Position numbers and translations under genes: made by a program. The notes below the pieces were generated by a model, which had not been told where the DNA came from, did not search any database, and saw nothing but the letters and a program-made list of their open reading frames with translations. Shown one piece after another: positions 26,623 to 37,523 of a stretch of DNA of 64,000 nucleotides. The stretch's first letter is position 1. The number at the start of each line of letters is the position of its first letter. The DNA comes from Escherichia phage vB_EcoM_G2540-3: sequence record MK327944.1; one strand, written 5' to 3'.

Positions 26623-29319
26623 TCAGCCAAACAGGAAGTCTAACGAAGCTTTTTCTTCATAGTCCATACCAGCCGATTCACACATACCTGCAAGCGGTTT
26701 AACAAACGATTTTTGGAACAAAGTTGAGTAGTCAATCCAAGACAGTACATCAGAACGAATTTCTTTTGGAAGTTCTGTACCCGACGGCCAAGCAATGCAC
26801 TTATCACCAAATGGATTTCCTTCACGTAATGGAAGAACCATTACCTTATTTCCATCCAAAATTGGAGCTACACCCAGACCACTAACAGCTCGACGATAAG
26901 TTAGCACACCACGAATATGGAACGGACATTTAAATCCTGGCCAACCTTTATCATCATATTTCGCTATATCGTTCGCAGTTTTTACTTCAGCAATAACTTT
27001 ATAGTCAAGTTGACGATATTCTTTCTCGAAGTTCTTGTAATATTCTTGGACAGACTCTTCACCTTCCTGAAGAATACGACGAATACTTTCTTCGAGAGCT
27101 TCTTGCACTGCCTTTGGTGTTGAACTCTGCTGAGTTTCCATACCCATGATTTTTAGATGCGGTTCAGCAAATCGTTTATCTTCCATATCATAAACGTTCA
27201 GAGCATAACGCTTTTTCGCTTTCCAAAATCCGCCGACGCCCTTTGAACCAAGTGGAGGGCAAGAAATAGCTTCACGGTCCATATGCATCAGATGCTCGCG
27301 GTTATTCATATAATCACATAACTCACGATATGCAACATCAATCATAGGTTCCATCTTTTTCTTACCGAACTGATTCATGAATTCAACTAAATCGTTCTGC
27401 TCTTTGAATCGGTCAAGACCAACTTTTTCAATAACTTTATCTACGCAAACATATACCGAATCAGTATCACCTGCTGCAATGAAATCTTCATCATTAGTTC
27501 CGCATACTTTATTCAGATATTCATTAATTTTACGAGCAATCCACTGAATACCGACTTGGCCAAAAATTGTGATAGCAGTAGCATTTCGCAAATCATAGTA
27601 ACGGAAATGAATATTACCAAGAGCACCATAAAGACTGTTAATAAGAATTTTACGGTTCAGCTGATTTGTATTAGCAAGTGTAGCCGCTTTTTCACATTCT
27701 TCAATCAGACTATTAAGAACAGATTCAGTATAATTCGATAGCTCATTTAAGAAATCATCACTGAACTTAACATATCGTTCAACTTCTGGTTTAGTTGAAC
27801 AAGACCCTGCGCCTTTCATAATAATCTTTTTAATAGCTTCGGCATTCATTTCTTCAGCGAACATTTTCTTTTTCCAGTCTTTACGCTGGAAAAATACTTT
27901 AGCGATTTCCTTTGGAATGATACCTTCTTGATGCTTATCATACATCCATCCATTCGGAGAACAAGAATATTCATCACTTGGTTTAGGAGCTGTTCCTGCG
28001 ATATATTCATGAATTGGATGAACTTTGAACTGACCACGAATAGTTTCAGGACTAATGTTAACCTGACGAATAATGCTAGGATACAGAGACGTCAAGTCAA
28101 AACTCATAATATATCGACGAGCAATCGGTTTAGGTTCAAACACAAATGCACCCGGAAAACTCTGTTTAACGTGCGAACCTTGTTGAGGAATAACCTTGTG
28201 TTCACCTTTCAACGAGTTAAAAATAATAGCATCCCAAGTTTTAATAGGACTCATTACACCAGAAAAAGGCATTTTAGCGTAATAAGACATACTTAAAACT
28301 AGATCGATAAACCCGCGAATTTTATCGATTGCTTGAACTGATTCTACGTCAATGATGTTATAACTAATGTATCGTTGATGATTAGTCTCACGAAGTTTAT
28401 TAATAGGACCGTCGTATGGTAATTTACCTTTTTTGGTTTCATGTTGAGCAACTGATTCCAAAGAGAATGACGGCAAATTAGTAAATGCGAACTTCTTGTA
28501 CAAATCTAAATAATCAAGAATAGATACGCCATCAATAGAATAAATTTCTTTGCTACCGTACATATTTTGAATTAGTTTAGATTTTACCCGACCGATTGGA
28601 GAGAAACGTTTCATACTACGTTCGCCCAGAATCATTTTAACGCGATTCATAATATATGGAACGTCAAATCCCTCAATATTCCAACCAGTAAAAATAGCAG
28701 GTCGTTTCTGTTCCCAAAGATTGATATATTCCATGAGCATATCGCGCTCATTATCGAATGGCATATAAATTACTCGGTCAAGAATTTCTTGAGGAACTTC
28801 ATCACCACCTTCACAGTCAAGCTTAGCAGCTAACTTTGCATCCCATTTTGATACTGAACCGTACATTGAATTCAAAAGGTCGAAAACATAAAAACGGTCG
28901 TCAATTGAATCATAATGAGTGATAGCATCAATTTCATATTCTGCTTTCATTGGGTCAGGAAATTTATCACCAGTAACCTCAATGTCGCAGTTAGCTACAC
29001 GAACAAATTTTCGGTCATAAACAATTTCTGAACCATACGTATCACTGATATAAGCGAGTTTAAAATCGTTCATACCGAGAGCTTCGAGACCGATGTCTTC
29101 CATTCGCTTCATCCAATCTCGAGCATCTTTCATTGATGGAAATTTTTGAGGAGCGCAATTTTTACCATAAATGTCTTTGTATTTTGACTCTTCCTTACAA
29201 TGCCTAAACATAGTTGGAAGATATTCTACTTCACGAGTACGTTCCTTTCCGTTTTCATCAATATAACGTTCAACAATGTTATTTCCGACTGTTTCAATAG
29301 AGATATAAAATTCTTTCAT
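26623..29319 (-). CDS. 43: DNA polymerase gp43 (family B), 898 aa
   Basis: 898 aa, exonuclease and polymerase motifs (for example YGDTDS at IAAGDTDSVY). Confidence 0.95.
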   Translation of the reverse strand: MKEFYISIETVGNNIVERYIDENGKERTREVEYLPTMFRHCKEESKYKDIYGKNCAPQKFPSMKDARDWMKRMEDIGLEALGMNDFKLAYISDTYGSEIVYDRKFVRVANCDIEVTGDKFPDPMKAEYEIDAITHYDSIDDRFYVFDLLNSMYGSVSKWDAKLAAKLDCEGGDEVPQEILDRVIYMPFDNERDMLMEYINLWEQKRPAIFTGWNIEGFDVPYIMNRVKMILGERSMKRFSPIGRVKSKLIQNMYGSKEIYSIDGVSILDYLDLYKKFAFTNLPSFSLESVAQHETKKGKLPYDGPINKLRETNHQRYISYNIIDVESVQAIDKIRGFIDLVLSMSYYAKMPFSGVMSPIKTWDAIIFNSLKGEHKVIPQQGSHVKQSFPGAFVFEPKPIARRYIMSFDLTSLYPSIIRQVNISPETIRGQFKVHPIHEYIAGTAPKPSDEYSCSPNGWMYDKHQEGIIPKEIAKVFFQRKDWKKKMFAEEMNAEAIKKIIMKGAGSCSTKPEVERYVKFSDDFLNELSNYTESVLNSLIEECEKAATLANTNQLNRKILINSLYGALGNIHFRYYDLRNATAITIFGQVGIQWIARKINEYLNKVCGTNDEDFIAAGDTDSVYVCVDKVIEKVGLDRFKEQNDLVEFMNQFGKKKMEPMIDVAYRELCDYMNNREHLMHMDREAISCPPLGSKGVGGFWKAKKRYALNVYDMEDKRFAEPHLKIMGMETQQSSTPKAVQEALEESIRRILQEGEESVQEYYKNFEKEYRQLDYKVIAEVKTANDIAKYDDKGWPGFKCPFHIRGVLTYRRAVSGLGVAPILDGNKVMVLPLREGNPFGDKCIAWPSGTELPKEIRSDVLSWIDYSTLFQKSFVKPLAGMCESAGMDYEEKASLDFLFG

Positions 29320-29321
29320 AG

Positions 29322-29357
29322 ATATTCCTTAGTTTATAGCCCGAGTTATTAGGCTCT
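29322..29357 (-). promoter_or_regulatory. gene 43 translational operator (hairpin plus RBS)
   Basis: Minus strand RNA GAGCCUAAUAACUCGGGCUAUAAACUAAGGAAUAUCU-AUG: short hairpin immediately 5' of the gene 43 SD. Confidence 0.55.
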
Positions 29358-29378
29358 TGATATATTATACTCCAAATA

Positions 29379-29394
29379 AGGGGCCGAAGCCCCT
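29379..29394 (-). other. intercistronic UUCG hairpin (regA to 43)
   Basis: Minus RNA GGGGC-UUCG-GCCCC at the regA stop. Confidence 0.55.
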
Positions 29395-29397
29395 TGC

Positions 29398-29766
29398 TTA
29401 ATTACCAATCGTATATTTAGGAACGAGTTTCCATTCATGTTTTTGTTTAAAAGAAATAACTCGGAAGTTATTAGTTAAATCTTTCATAAAAGTTCTTTGA
29501 CCAGGAACGATTTCAATCAGTCCCCAATCTTCTAATAGCCATGCAATCGAATCACGACGAACTTCATCTTCTTCTGTCATTTCAACTTGGCGACCATCCA
29601 TACGAAGCATTTCTTTAAAATGAACGATATAGTATAGTCCTTTTTTCTGAAGAATATGACAGGACTGATACAGAACTTTATCTTTATTATTAGCAATTCC
29701 CATACGAGTCAAAGTTTCTTTTACTTTCAGAAAATCTTCAGGTTTTTTAAGAGTAATTTCAATCAT
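29398..29766 (-). CDS. regA: translational repressor RegA, 122 aa
   Basis: 122 aa, position between 62 and 43. Confidence 0.85.
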   Translation of the reverse strand: MIEITLKKPEDFLKVKETLTRMGIANNKDKVLYQSCHILQKKGLYYIVHFKEMLRMDGRQVEMTEEDEVRRDSIAWLLEDWGLIEIVPGQRTFMKDLTNNFRVISFKQKHEWKLVPKYTIGN

Positions 29767-29767
29767 T

Positions 29768-30331
29768 TTACCATTCCAATGCTAGTTTTTTGAGTTGTTT
29801 CTGTTCTTTTACGTTCTTAGTCACTTCTTTCAAAAAATCATCCGTGACTAAACCTTTTAGTTCTTTTAATACTAAAGGAAGTTTTCCATTTTTAGTAAGA
29901 ATTGATTTATAGTTAATTGCATCATTTGTATTAACTTGATACCGCTTAGCAAGTAACTTAATAACCAATACTTCGGTGGAATCTTCAACCAGTTTTGCCC
30001 ATTTACCATATCTTTTACCACGAGGAACTGCAGCCATTAGATAATTAAAATGAGCTTCATCACTTAATCCAGAACCGATTAAATTCATAGCATATACGGC
30101 TGGCATGCACTCTGGAAATTGTGATAATGCATTTTCAACCATGAATTTTGAATAATCTTTTTGAGCAATAGAGCATTTAGTTTTATTATTGATAGCTCCA
30201 ATTATTTCAAAAAATTCATTTTCAGCTTTTTCTTTAAAAGAATCAGCAGCGGATTGGACAGCTGTCCAATCTTTTGAATACCAAGCAACTTGATGCTCGT
30301 TTAATTGAATATCATCTTCAAATAAGCTCAT
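29768..30331 (-). CDS. 62: clamp loader small subunit gp62, 187 aa
   Basis: 187 aa, coupled downstream of gene 44. Confidence 0.85.
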   Translation of the reverse strand: MSLFEDDIQLNEHQVAWYSKDWTAVQSAADSFKEKAENEFFEIIGAINNKTKCSIAQKDYSKFMVENALSQFPECMPAVYAMNLIGSGLSDEAHFNYLMAAVPRGKRYGKWAKLVEDSTEVLVIKLLAKRYQVNTNDAINYKSILTKNGKLPLVLKELKGLVTDDFLKEVTKNVKEQKQLKKLALEW

Positions 30332-30332
30332 A

Positions 30333-31307
30333 TCACTTCCACTGCATTTCGCATGCTAATTGAATGAAAAGATATGCTAAATGTAATTCCGTATTAGCCG
30401 CAATTCCGTGATACTGGTTATTTTCACCAACAATTTCATACATACGAATAATACTTTGCGGAGTTACGCGTGTATAGATTTCTTCGGCAAGTTTACCTAC
30501 GAACCACGAATAATCAGCTGCATATTTTGGTGCTAAAGCTCTGAGCTGTTTAACATCTTTATTTTTGAGAGACTCAAGAACATCATCAATAGCACCACGA
30601 TCGTTAGTAACCAGTGATAAAATACCAGCATCCAAAACACCTTTAGATGAATAACTATCGAGCTCGCCAATAGTTTTACGAAAATCAGGAAAATTCTTTT
30701 TAACCAAAGCTGCTACAACTTTCATATCAGCTATAGCAATTCCTTCATGCTTACAGATTTCAGTCAATCGACGAATCATCTGCTTCATCATTTCAATTTT
30801 ATCTTCATCGGTCGGTTGACCGAATGTAATAACTCGACAGCGTGACTGAAGTGGTTTAATAATACCATCAATATTGTTAGCAGTAATAATAATACTACAG
30901 TTTGAACTATAAGCTTCCATAAAGGAACGAAGATGTCGCTGAGACTCTGCTAATCCTGAACGGTCAAATTCATCAATGACGATTACTTTTTGACGACCAT
31001 CAAATGAAGCTGCACTAGCAAAATTAGTCAAAGGACCACGAACGAAATCAATTTTACAATCTGACCCATTCACAAACATCATATCAGCATTTACGTCATG
31101 ACACAATGCTTTTGCTACGGTTGTTTTACCTGTTCCTGGAGAAGGAGAATGAAGAATAATATGTGGAATCTTACCTTTACTTGTAATAGATTTAAAGGTT
31201 TCTTTATCAAAGGCGGGAAGAATACATTCATCGATAGTAGATGGACGATATTTCTGTTCAAGAATGTGTTCTTTTTCATTTACAGTAATCATAATTTCCT
31301 CATTCAA
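30333..31307 (-). CDS. 44: clamp loader ATPase gp44 (AAA+), 324 aa
   Basis: Walker [11 protein letters not shown], Walker B VIVIDEFD. Confidence 0.9.
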   Translation of the reverse strand: MNEEIMITVNEKEHILEQKYRPSTIDECILPAFDKETFKSITSKGKIPHIILHSPSPGTGKTTVAKALCHDVNADMMFVNGSDCKIDFVRGPLTNFASAASFDGRQKVIVIDEFDRSGLAESQRHLRSFMEAYSSNCSIIITANNIDGIIKPLQSRCRVITFGQPTDEDKIEMMKQMIRRLTEICKHEGIAIADMKVVAALVKKNFPDFRKTIGELDSYSSKGVLDAGILSLVTNDRGAIDDVLESLKNKDVKQLRALAPKYAADYSWFVGKLAEEIYTRVTPQSIIRMYEIVGENNQYHGIAANTELHLAYLFIQLACEMQWK

Positions 31308-31322
31308 GTTTTAATGTAAATT

Positions 31323-31345
31323 ATAGAGGGCCGAAGCCCTCTATT
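31323..31345 (-). other. intercistronic UUCG hairpin (45 to 44)
   Basis: Minus RNA AUAGAGGGC-UUCG-GCCCUCUAU between the gene 45 stop and the gene 44 start. Confidence 0.55.
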
Positions 31346-32030
31346 AAAAGTCGTGGGTAGAATCAGCTTCAAGAGCTACTACATAATTCGCGTGTTCACC
31401 TTCAAATTTAGCAGCACCTTGTTTACCTTTTGCCCAGAGCAGAAGTTTATAATTTCCTGGTTGCATTTTCATATTTGCCATATTGATAATGAAATTAAAT
31501 GTATTTTCACCATCATAATCACCAAGAGTCAAAGAATATTTAACACGGGTCAAAGCAGAATCTTCTACTTTATTAAAACCGTTAATTACGATTTTACCTT
31601 CTTTTACTGTGATAGCGATTGTATCAATCTGCAGACCACGAGATACACGCAATAGTTGTTGAAGGTCTTCAGCTTTAATTTCAGTAACAACAGATGCTAC
31701 CGGGAATGGAATTGGTTTATTAGGAGCAACTACTGTACTCGGATCGGCTGCTGGCCAAAAAATTGTTGAACGGGCATCAGCAATTTTAATATTACCATCT
31801 TCTGACTGGGAAATTTCTGCATCGTCATTAACTAGAGACAGAATACCGAGAAAACCGTTCAAATCGTAAATTGCTACATCAAAATCAATAGTGTCAGAAA
31901 TATTTGCTTCCGCATAAGTGGTACCATTAACCGCGCGAGTCATAATAAATTGACCGGATTTAAGCATAATACCGGAGTTAATAGTAGCGAAATTTTTAAG
32001 CAGAGCAGTAGTATCTTTAGACAGTTTCAT
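31344..32030 (-). CDS. 45: sliding clamp gp45, 228 aa
   Basis: 228 aa, position 45-44-62-regA-43. Confidence 0.9.
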   Translation of the reverse strand: MKLSKDTTALLKNFATINSGIMLKSGQFIMTRAVNGTTYAEANISDTIDFDVAIYDLNGFLGILSLVNDDAEISQSEDGNIKIADARSTIFWPAADPSTVVAPNKPIPFPVASVVTEIKAEDLQQLLRVSRGLQIDTIAITVKEGKIVINGFNKVEDSALTRVKYSLTLGDYDGENTFNFIINMANMKMQPGNYKLLLWAKGKQGAAKFEGEHANYVVALEADSTHDF

Positions 32031-32061
32031 GTAATTTCCTTCAATTCAAATGAGATTTAAT

Positions 32062-32084
32062 TTTATAACTAATTTAATAAAGCA
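32062..32084 (-). promoter_or_regulatory. MotA-box middle promoter (gene 45)
   Basis: Minus strand AATTGCTTTAT, 12 nt, TATAAA. Confidence 0.5.
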
Positions 32085-32085
32085 A

Positions 32086-32475
32086 TTAACGATTAAAATC
32101 AGCAGCAATTGTTTCCGCAACAATTTGAGCAGCAACAATTAGACGTTCATCTGCATTACCACAATAATCATCTTCAAGGCGTTCACCACATGAAGTCATA
32201 ATAAATTTGGCGCCAGCGTTTAGAGATTCTGCCGTATGTTTGCGCATCAGTTCAATCCATTTATCACTCACTTCACGATCGATAGCTTCATAATACGCAT
32301 GACGAGCAGGTGCAGATTTAATTTTGTTCTGAATAACTTCCATTGCGTTATCAGAAAGAGACAAAACCCATGCTCGACGAATTTTATTTTGGTTTTGCGG
32401 ATTTGATTCAGAACGCACGTGTTTTGGCTGAATATCTTTTACATCAACAGTATAATTCACAGTAATTTTAGTCAT
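32086..32475 (-). CDS. rpbA: RNA polymerase binding protein RpbA-like, 129 aa
   Basis: 129 aa, position upstream of gene 45. Confidence 0.6.
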   Translation of the reverse strand: MTKITVNYTVDVKDIQPKHVRSESNPQNQNKIRRAWVLSLSDNAMEVIQNKIKSAPARHAYYEAIDREVSDKWIELMRKHTAESLNAGAKFIMTSCGERLEDDYCGNADERLIVAAQIVAETIAADFNR

Positions 32476-32484
32476 AATACACCT

Positions 32485-32673
32485 TTAGTCATAATAATCA
32501 GTAACAGTCCAAGCTTCATTTCTATTGGACATTATTTTCGTATATTCTGCTTTAAATGCATTTTTGAGCATAGATTCAGTAACTATATGCTCTTCATTAG
32601 AAAAATTATTTCTCAGAATATATCGTTTTATTTCAGGAATAGTTAATAGATGCTGTCCAGTTGAATATTCCAT
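32485..32673 (-). CDS. hypothetical protein, 62 aa (45.2 position)
   Basis: ORF only. Confidence 0.45.
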   Translation of the reverse strand: MEYSTGQHLLTIPEIKRYILRNNFSNEEHIVTESMLKNAFKAEYTKIMSNRNEAWTVTDYYD

Positions 32674-32728
32674 GTTTTTCCTCCATAGAGATTATACTCT
32701 AATAAATTAAAGCATAATCTCTTATAAA

Positions 32729-34411
32729 TTAAACCATTACAGTAAATCGACCAACTTTCTTCATTTGAAGATGCTGACCATATTCTTGTGGGTCATGGTC
32801 TTTATGCGAAATTATAAAAACATTAGTGTTTTTCATTGAATTTATAATATTAGCTACACCTTTAATACCTTCGGCATCAAATGACCCATCAAACACTTCA
32901 TCAAGAATTAATGTACTAATACTAACACCAGATACAATAGAAGCAATATCACGCCAAGTAAATAAAAGAGCAATATCGATTCGTGCCTTTTCGCCTTCAC
33001 TAAATGAAGCATAACTAAAATCTTCACGACCACGGGATTTAATTGTCTCATTAAATTCTTCATCTAATGTAAACACATAATCCGCTTCCATTATTTTAAG
33101 ATAATGGTTAATCTGCTTATTAAATAATGGAATGTACTTTTTAATAATAGCACCTTTAATACCAGAATCTTTGAGCATATCAGTCAAAATTCCTCTGTGG
33201 TATTTTTCCATTACTAAATTAGTTTTTGTCTTAACAATTTTATCAAGTTCTTCTTGAAGCAGTGCTATTTCATCAGCATGGTCAATAAACTCAGATGATG
33301 CTTTTTCTATAGCCGCTTTAACTTTTTTAGCTTTATCTACCGTCGTGATTAAGGATTGCTTTTTATTGCGAATATCATTTGCCAGCGTCTGCTGGGTTTT
33401 AATATTATCTCGGTATTCATCAACAAGAACTTTTAAATTATCACGATGTGTTGAAAGCTGTTCAAAAGAATGCGTGCATTCAGAAATTTTATCTTTAATT
33501 TTAGAAACAACTTTATCACCGGAACTTAATTGTGACAAACAGGTTGGACATAATCCACCTTCGTGATACATATTAATGACTTTATTATACGAGTCAATTT
33601 TTGATTTAATTAAAACTGCTTCTTGACCGATTTTATTAAATGCATCAGTTGGGTCTTCATCCAAAACAATATTAACTAATCTTTCGTTAGCTTCTTCTAT
33701 TTCCGATTTTAGCGTTCTAGCTTCTTTTGCCAAATCATCATACATATTTTGCAGACGAGTAAGGTTGTCACCCGTTAATTTTTTCTGGCGTTCAACGTTA
33801 TCATTATATATTTTAATTTGTTGGATAATACTATCTTTTTTAACATCAAGCACTTGGTTCTGCGAATTTAATTCGCGTATTAGTGCTTTATTAAGCTTAT
33901 CCATTTCAGCTAATGTTCCTACCTCAAGCAGGTCTTCCACAAGTTTTCTTCTTGCAGGAGTGGATAGGCCCATAAAAGGGGTATATCCAGCCGTGCCGAG
34001 TACGACGATCTGTTTGAAACTGGTGTATGACATTCCGATAAGCTGTTCAAATTCTGCTTGGAAATCTTTACTGCTGGCAGATTCATTAAGACGTGTACCG
34101 TTAACGGTGATTTCGAAAACATTTGGTTTTTGTCCTCTTTTGATATAGTACTTTTTCTCATCATATTCCATCCACAGTTCAACTAAAAGCTCTTTCTTAT
34201 TTGTGCTGTTTATTAATTGACCTTTCTTTACATCACGAAATGGCTTGCCAAAAAGCCCAAATGTGATGGCTTCTAACATAGTAGACTTACCACCGCCATT
34301 TCGTCCAGTAATAAGAGTTTTTTGAGCCTTATCTAGTTGAATGTCAACTCCATTTTGACCAACTGACATTATATTTTTATATTTTACTCTATTAAGTTTA
34401 AATGATTTCAT
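32729..34411 (-). CDS. 46: recombination endonuclease subunit gp46 (Rad50/SbcC-like ATPase), 560 aa
   Basis: Walker A GRNGGGKST, coiled-coil middle region with CPTC zinc hook, C-terminal Walker B ILDEVFD. Confidence 0.9.
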   Translation of the reverse strand: MKSFKLNRVKYKNIMSVGQNGVDIQLDKAQKTLITGRNGGGKSTMLEAITFGLFGKPFRDVKKGQLINSTNKKELLVELWMEYDEKKYYIKRGQKPNVFEITVNGTRLNESASSKDFQAEFEQLIGMSYTSFKQIVVLGTAGYTPFMGLSTPARRKLVEDLLEVGTLAEMDKLNKALIRELNSQNQVLDVKKDSIIQQIKIYNDNVERQKKLTGDNLTRLQNMYDDLAKEARTLKSEIEEANERLVNIVLDEDPTDAFNKIGQEAVLIKSKIDSYNKVINMYHEGGLCPTCLSQLSSGDKVVSKIKDKISECTHSFEQLSTHRDNLKVLVDEYRDNIKTQQTLANDIRNKKQSLITTVDKAKKVKAAIEKASSEFIDHADEIALLQEELDKIVKTKTNLVMEKYHRGILTDMLKDSGIKGAIIKKYIPLFNKQINHYLKIMEADYVFTLDEEFNETIKSRGREDFSYASFSEGEKARIDIALLFTWRDIASIVSGVSISTLILDEVFDGSFDAEGIKGVANIINSMKNTNVFIISHKDHDPQEYGQHLQMKKVGRFTVMV

Positions 34412-34426
34412 TTTGTATCCAATTGT

Positions 34427-35281
34427 TCACAATGAAGAAAATTCTTTAACTAAAGCCTGTAATGAAGCCTCTATTGGATATCCATTCTTAACTAACATTT
34501 TCCTAAACATTACATGTTTAGGACGATTATATGATATCCACAATTCATACAATTTATCTTTATTATCCCAATGATAGCCTTTTCGTCGAGATGCTATATG
34601 AGCTTTTCTAATCTCCGGATTTTTCCAACTAGCAGCTACTGAATTTGATATAGCTATTTTATATTCAGGTTTTGATAAAGCAGCACGAACAGCCTTTTGG
34701 TGTTTAATTTTATTTTCTTCGTTATTAAACCATTCCCTTGAAGCAATTGAAATTTTTTGTTTTGTTTTAAAATTATTTAATCTTTCTTTGTTATCTTTCC
34801 TATTTTTTGCTACTGAAAAATATTTTAATGCCCTTTCTCTAGCAGCATTTCTATTTTGCGGATTTGAATAATACTGTTGAAGCCTTTTTGATATTGTGTC
34901 ACTTACATCTTGTTTTATAAAACTATATTCAGCAGCTATTAAATCAACTTCGGCTAAAGATAAATTTTTATATGTTTTTCCTGACATCATTCTATTTAAA
35001 GCATTTAGCATTTTTCCATTTTTACCTTTTGCTAATAAGAAATGTGCTTTAAAATGATTAAAATGACTTAAATTAACTAAATTCCATGTAGATTTTAAAT
35101 ATTCAGGAAATATTGATTTAGGAAGCACGTGGTGTGCTTCCGTTTTACCTGGAGTTTTAACAGTTGAATTCATAGAAATAAAATTAATGTAAGACTTGGC
35201 GTCTTCTTCACTCAACGCTAATTTTTCAACTAATTCCTTTATTAAAAATTCATCATTAATGTCAAGTTTAAAATTCTTCAC
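34427..35281 (-). CDS. HNH (Mob-type) homing endonuclease, 284 aa, GTG start
   Basis: EAHHVLPKS...H motif; C-terminal LYELWISYNRPKHVMFRKMLVKNGYP module. Confidence 0.75.
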   Translation of the reverse strand: MKNFKLDINDEFLIKELVEKLALSEEDAKSYINFISMNSTVKTPGKTEAHHVLPKSIFPEYLKSTWNLVNLSHFNHFKAHFLLAKGKNGKMLNALNRMMSGKTYKNLSLAEVDLIAAEYSFIKQDVSDTISKRLQQYYSNPQNRNAARERALKYFSVAKNRKDNKERLNNFKTKQKISIASREWFNNEENKIKHQKAVRAALSKPEYKIAISNSVAASWKNPEIRKAHIASRRKGYHWDNKDKLYELWISYNRPKHVMFRKMLVKNGYPIEASLQALVKEFSSL

Positions 35282-35493
35282 AAAAGATTCCTTTTAATGT
35301 ATCTTTTAGACCATTCTATCATATCATCATAATCTAAAAAGTATTCGTCAAATTCAGCCATGCAAACAACGCCTTGTGCTGTTTTTGATGTAATGTAAAT
35401 TATTCCAACATATCTAGAATCTTCTTCGATATAATCAATATTTGCTATGAATTCATCATTAATGTCAAATGTCGAAAACTTCACAGTATGCAT
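35278..35493 (-). CDS. hypothetical small protein (46.1/46.2 position)
   Basis: ORF; an alternative GTG-AAG start at 35484 mirrors the start of the adjacent HNH gene. Confidence 0.45.
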   Translation of the reverse strand: MHTVKFSTFDINDEFIANIDYIEEDSRYVGIIYITSKTAQGVVCMAEFDEYFLDYDDMIEWSKRYIKRNLL

Positions 35494-35728
35494 CCTTAAT
35501 ACAAGATACAGCCATATCTCGTAATGATTTAGGTGTGTCATTATCTAAAATGTTGAAGTTAAAAGATACAGCCCAGTCAGTGCAGACTGTAACCTTTTTA
35601 ATACAATTATCTTCAACCTCTAACGGTTCAAACCAATATTCAATAATTTCTTTATGCCCAATATCATCTTTTACTTCGCATTCAAAATGCTGACTCATCA
35701 TAACATTTTTAAATTCATCAAAAGTCAT
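35465..35728 (-). CDS. hypothetical small protein, 87 aa
   Basis: ORF coupled to gene 47. Confidence 0.45.
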   Translation of the reverse strand: MTFDEFKNVMMSQHFECEVKDDIGHKEIIEYWFEPLEVEDNCIKKVTVCTDWAVSFNFNILDNDTPKSLRDMAVSCIKDAYCEVFDI

Positions 35729-36744
35729 TGTGTTGCCTCTACATATAACTGATTTGCATATTGAATAAGTGCTTCACGGTCAGAATCAGTGATGTCTGGA
35801 ATTGCATTAATGTATTCTTCCATCAACGTCTGAAGAGATTGAACTTCAACTTCTTCACTGTCATCTGACTCGACAGAGTTATCAATCTTTGACACAACTC
35901 GTAATGAATGCACAACTTTTTCTAGTTCAGATTCGAACTTCGTCAGATTTTTGTCTACTTCAGTTACTATAACACGTACTGATAGATTTGTAAAATCTTT
36001 ATAGTCAATTTTTCCTTTAAACGGATAATGAATTCTACGATGCCAGGTAGTATTGTTTGGAATAAATTCCATTCGTTCTGTTTCTGTATCAAACATCCAG
36101 AACCCGCGAGGGTCATTCTCGTCACCTGCAGTTAGTGTCCATGGTGTCCCAATATATCTGACGTTAGCAGCCTCAGAGATAGTATGGAAGTGACCAGACC
36201 ACACTTCTTTATAAGTCTTAAGGAAATCAGGTTCAAGACCGTGAGATTTCATTCCTTTATAAAAATAAAATCCATTCAGTTCCCAGTGACCAACACAAAA
36301 AGAAGCAGAAGAAGTTTTTATGTGCTCGAGAATTTCACCAGTATTTTCTTCACACATCCAAGGAATTAAATCAATTAAACATCCGTCAAAATCTACTGTA
36401 GTAGGCTTATCATACACTTTAACATTAGGATATTTAGCCAAAAGCTCAGTAGAAGCATTTGGATGCATTACATTTTTGTAGTGGAGATCGTGATTTCCTA
36501 CAATAGTATGTAATGTGATTCCAGCGTCATCAAGCATTTGAACTATTTCACGGGCAAACTCCATAGTTTTATGTGTAATTGCTTTTCGCACATCAAAAAT
36601 ATCACCATATTGAATCCATACAGTAATTCCATTTTTCTTAGAATATTCTATCGCTTGCTTAATTCCATCAATTTGAATACCGCGAATCCACTCATCATCA
36701 GCTTTAACGCCTAAATGCCAATCACCCAAGTTTAGTATTTTCAT
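35725..36744 (-). CDS. 47: recombination nuclease gp47 (Mre11/SbcD-like), 339 aa
   Basis: Phosphoesterase motifs MKILNLGDWHLG, GDIFD, GNHD; 339 aa. Confidence 0.9.
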   Translation of the reverse strand: MKILNLGDWHLGVKADDEWIRGIQIDGIKQAIEYSKKNGITVWIQYGDIFDVRKAITHKTMEFAREIVQMLDDAGITLHTIVGNHDLHYKNVMHPNASTELLAKYPNVKVYDKPTTVDFDGCLIDLIPWMCEENTGEILEHIKTSSASFCVGHWELNGFYFYKGMKSHGLEPDFLKTYKEVWSGHFHTISEAANVRYIGTPWTLTAGDENDPRGFWMFDTETERMEFIPNNTTWHRRIHYPFKGKIDYKDFTNLSVRVIVTEVDKNLTKFESELEKVVHSLRVVSKIDNSVESDDSEEVEVQSLQTLMEEYINAIPDITDSDREALIQYANQLYVEATQ

Positions 36745-37345
36745 GGTGTCTTTTCCATCCTAATTTAGCTGCTTTTGAAACCAGTTCTTTAATTTTTCCT
36801 TTTGTCCATTCAGGACCAGGAGGTTCATGACATAACATTTGCTTAACTCCGTTATTATACCATTTTTTACCTTTATTATGTGATGAAGCTTTAAATTTAT
36901 TTGACCTTCCTTTTACATAACCTTCTGGAATATAAGGCAAAAAGGCAGATTTTCCTGTTAATGGATCATGTGAATGTATATTTCCTTTACAATTATGAGA
37001 ACCATATAATGGATGATTTTGTCCTTTATTATCTCTTCCAAATGAACCTTTTGGAGCAGCATATGACATATTAAAGAATAATGGATTTTTAACTGCATCA
37101 TGCAATCGTTGATAATATAACTCGCATTTAATAGCTTCTTCACGCGTATCAAATTCAGCTAAAATGCATGAATCAAATAAGTGAGGATTATCTGAAAGCT
37201 CTTTATTATAAATTTTCTTATACTTTTTAGATAAAACTGAACCATGATATCCAGCTAAATGCCTATCTAAAGACGTAGATCCAATATAAAAAGGAGGAAG
37301 TTTATCTCCGCTATATATTGTTAAATAAGTTATATATTTTTTCAT
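36722..37345 (-). CDS. GIY-YIG homing endonuclease (Seg-like), 207 aa
   Basis: N-terminal YITYLTIYSGDKLPPFYIGST... GIY-YIG-like motif. Confidence 0.65.
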   Translation of the reverse strand: MKKYITYLTIYSGDKLPPFYIGSTSLDRHLAGYHGSVLSKKYKKIYNKELSDNPHLFDSCILAEFDTREEAIKCELYYQRLHDAVKNPLFFNMSYAAPKGSFGRDNKGQNHPLYGSHNCKGNIHSHDPLTGKSAFLPYIPEGYVKGRSNKFKASSHNKGKKWYNNGVKQMLCHEPPGPEWTKGKIKELVSKAAKLGWKRHHENTKLG

Positions 37346-37482
37346 ATATCAAGAACCGTCATTGAAATGCAAAATAAAATTATTGAAATAAACCCATCTG
37401 GTGTGCTAAAGAACCCAATCCAACATGCTCTAGTGAATAGATAAAATGCAAGAAAAAGTATCACATATCCAAGAAATATCAT
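37342..37482 (-). CDS. small hydrophobic peptide, 46 aa (below ORF-track cutoff)
   Basis: MIFLGYVILFLAFYLF...; RBS GGAG; stop overlaps the start of the GIY-YIG gene. Confidence 0.35.
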   Translation of the reverse strand: MIFLGYVILFLAFYLFTRACWIGFFSTPDGFISIILFCISMTVLDI

Positions 37483-37505
37483 TATATCAAACTCCGTATA
37501 AAGCT

Positions 37506-37523
37506 AAAGGGCCGAAGCCCTTT
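37506..37523 (-). other. UUCG hairpin after alpha-gt
   Basis: Minus RNA AAAGGGC-UUCG-GCCCUUU overlapping the alpha-gt stop. Confidence 0.55.
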
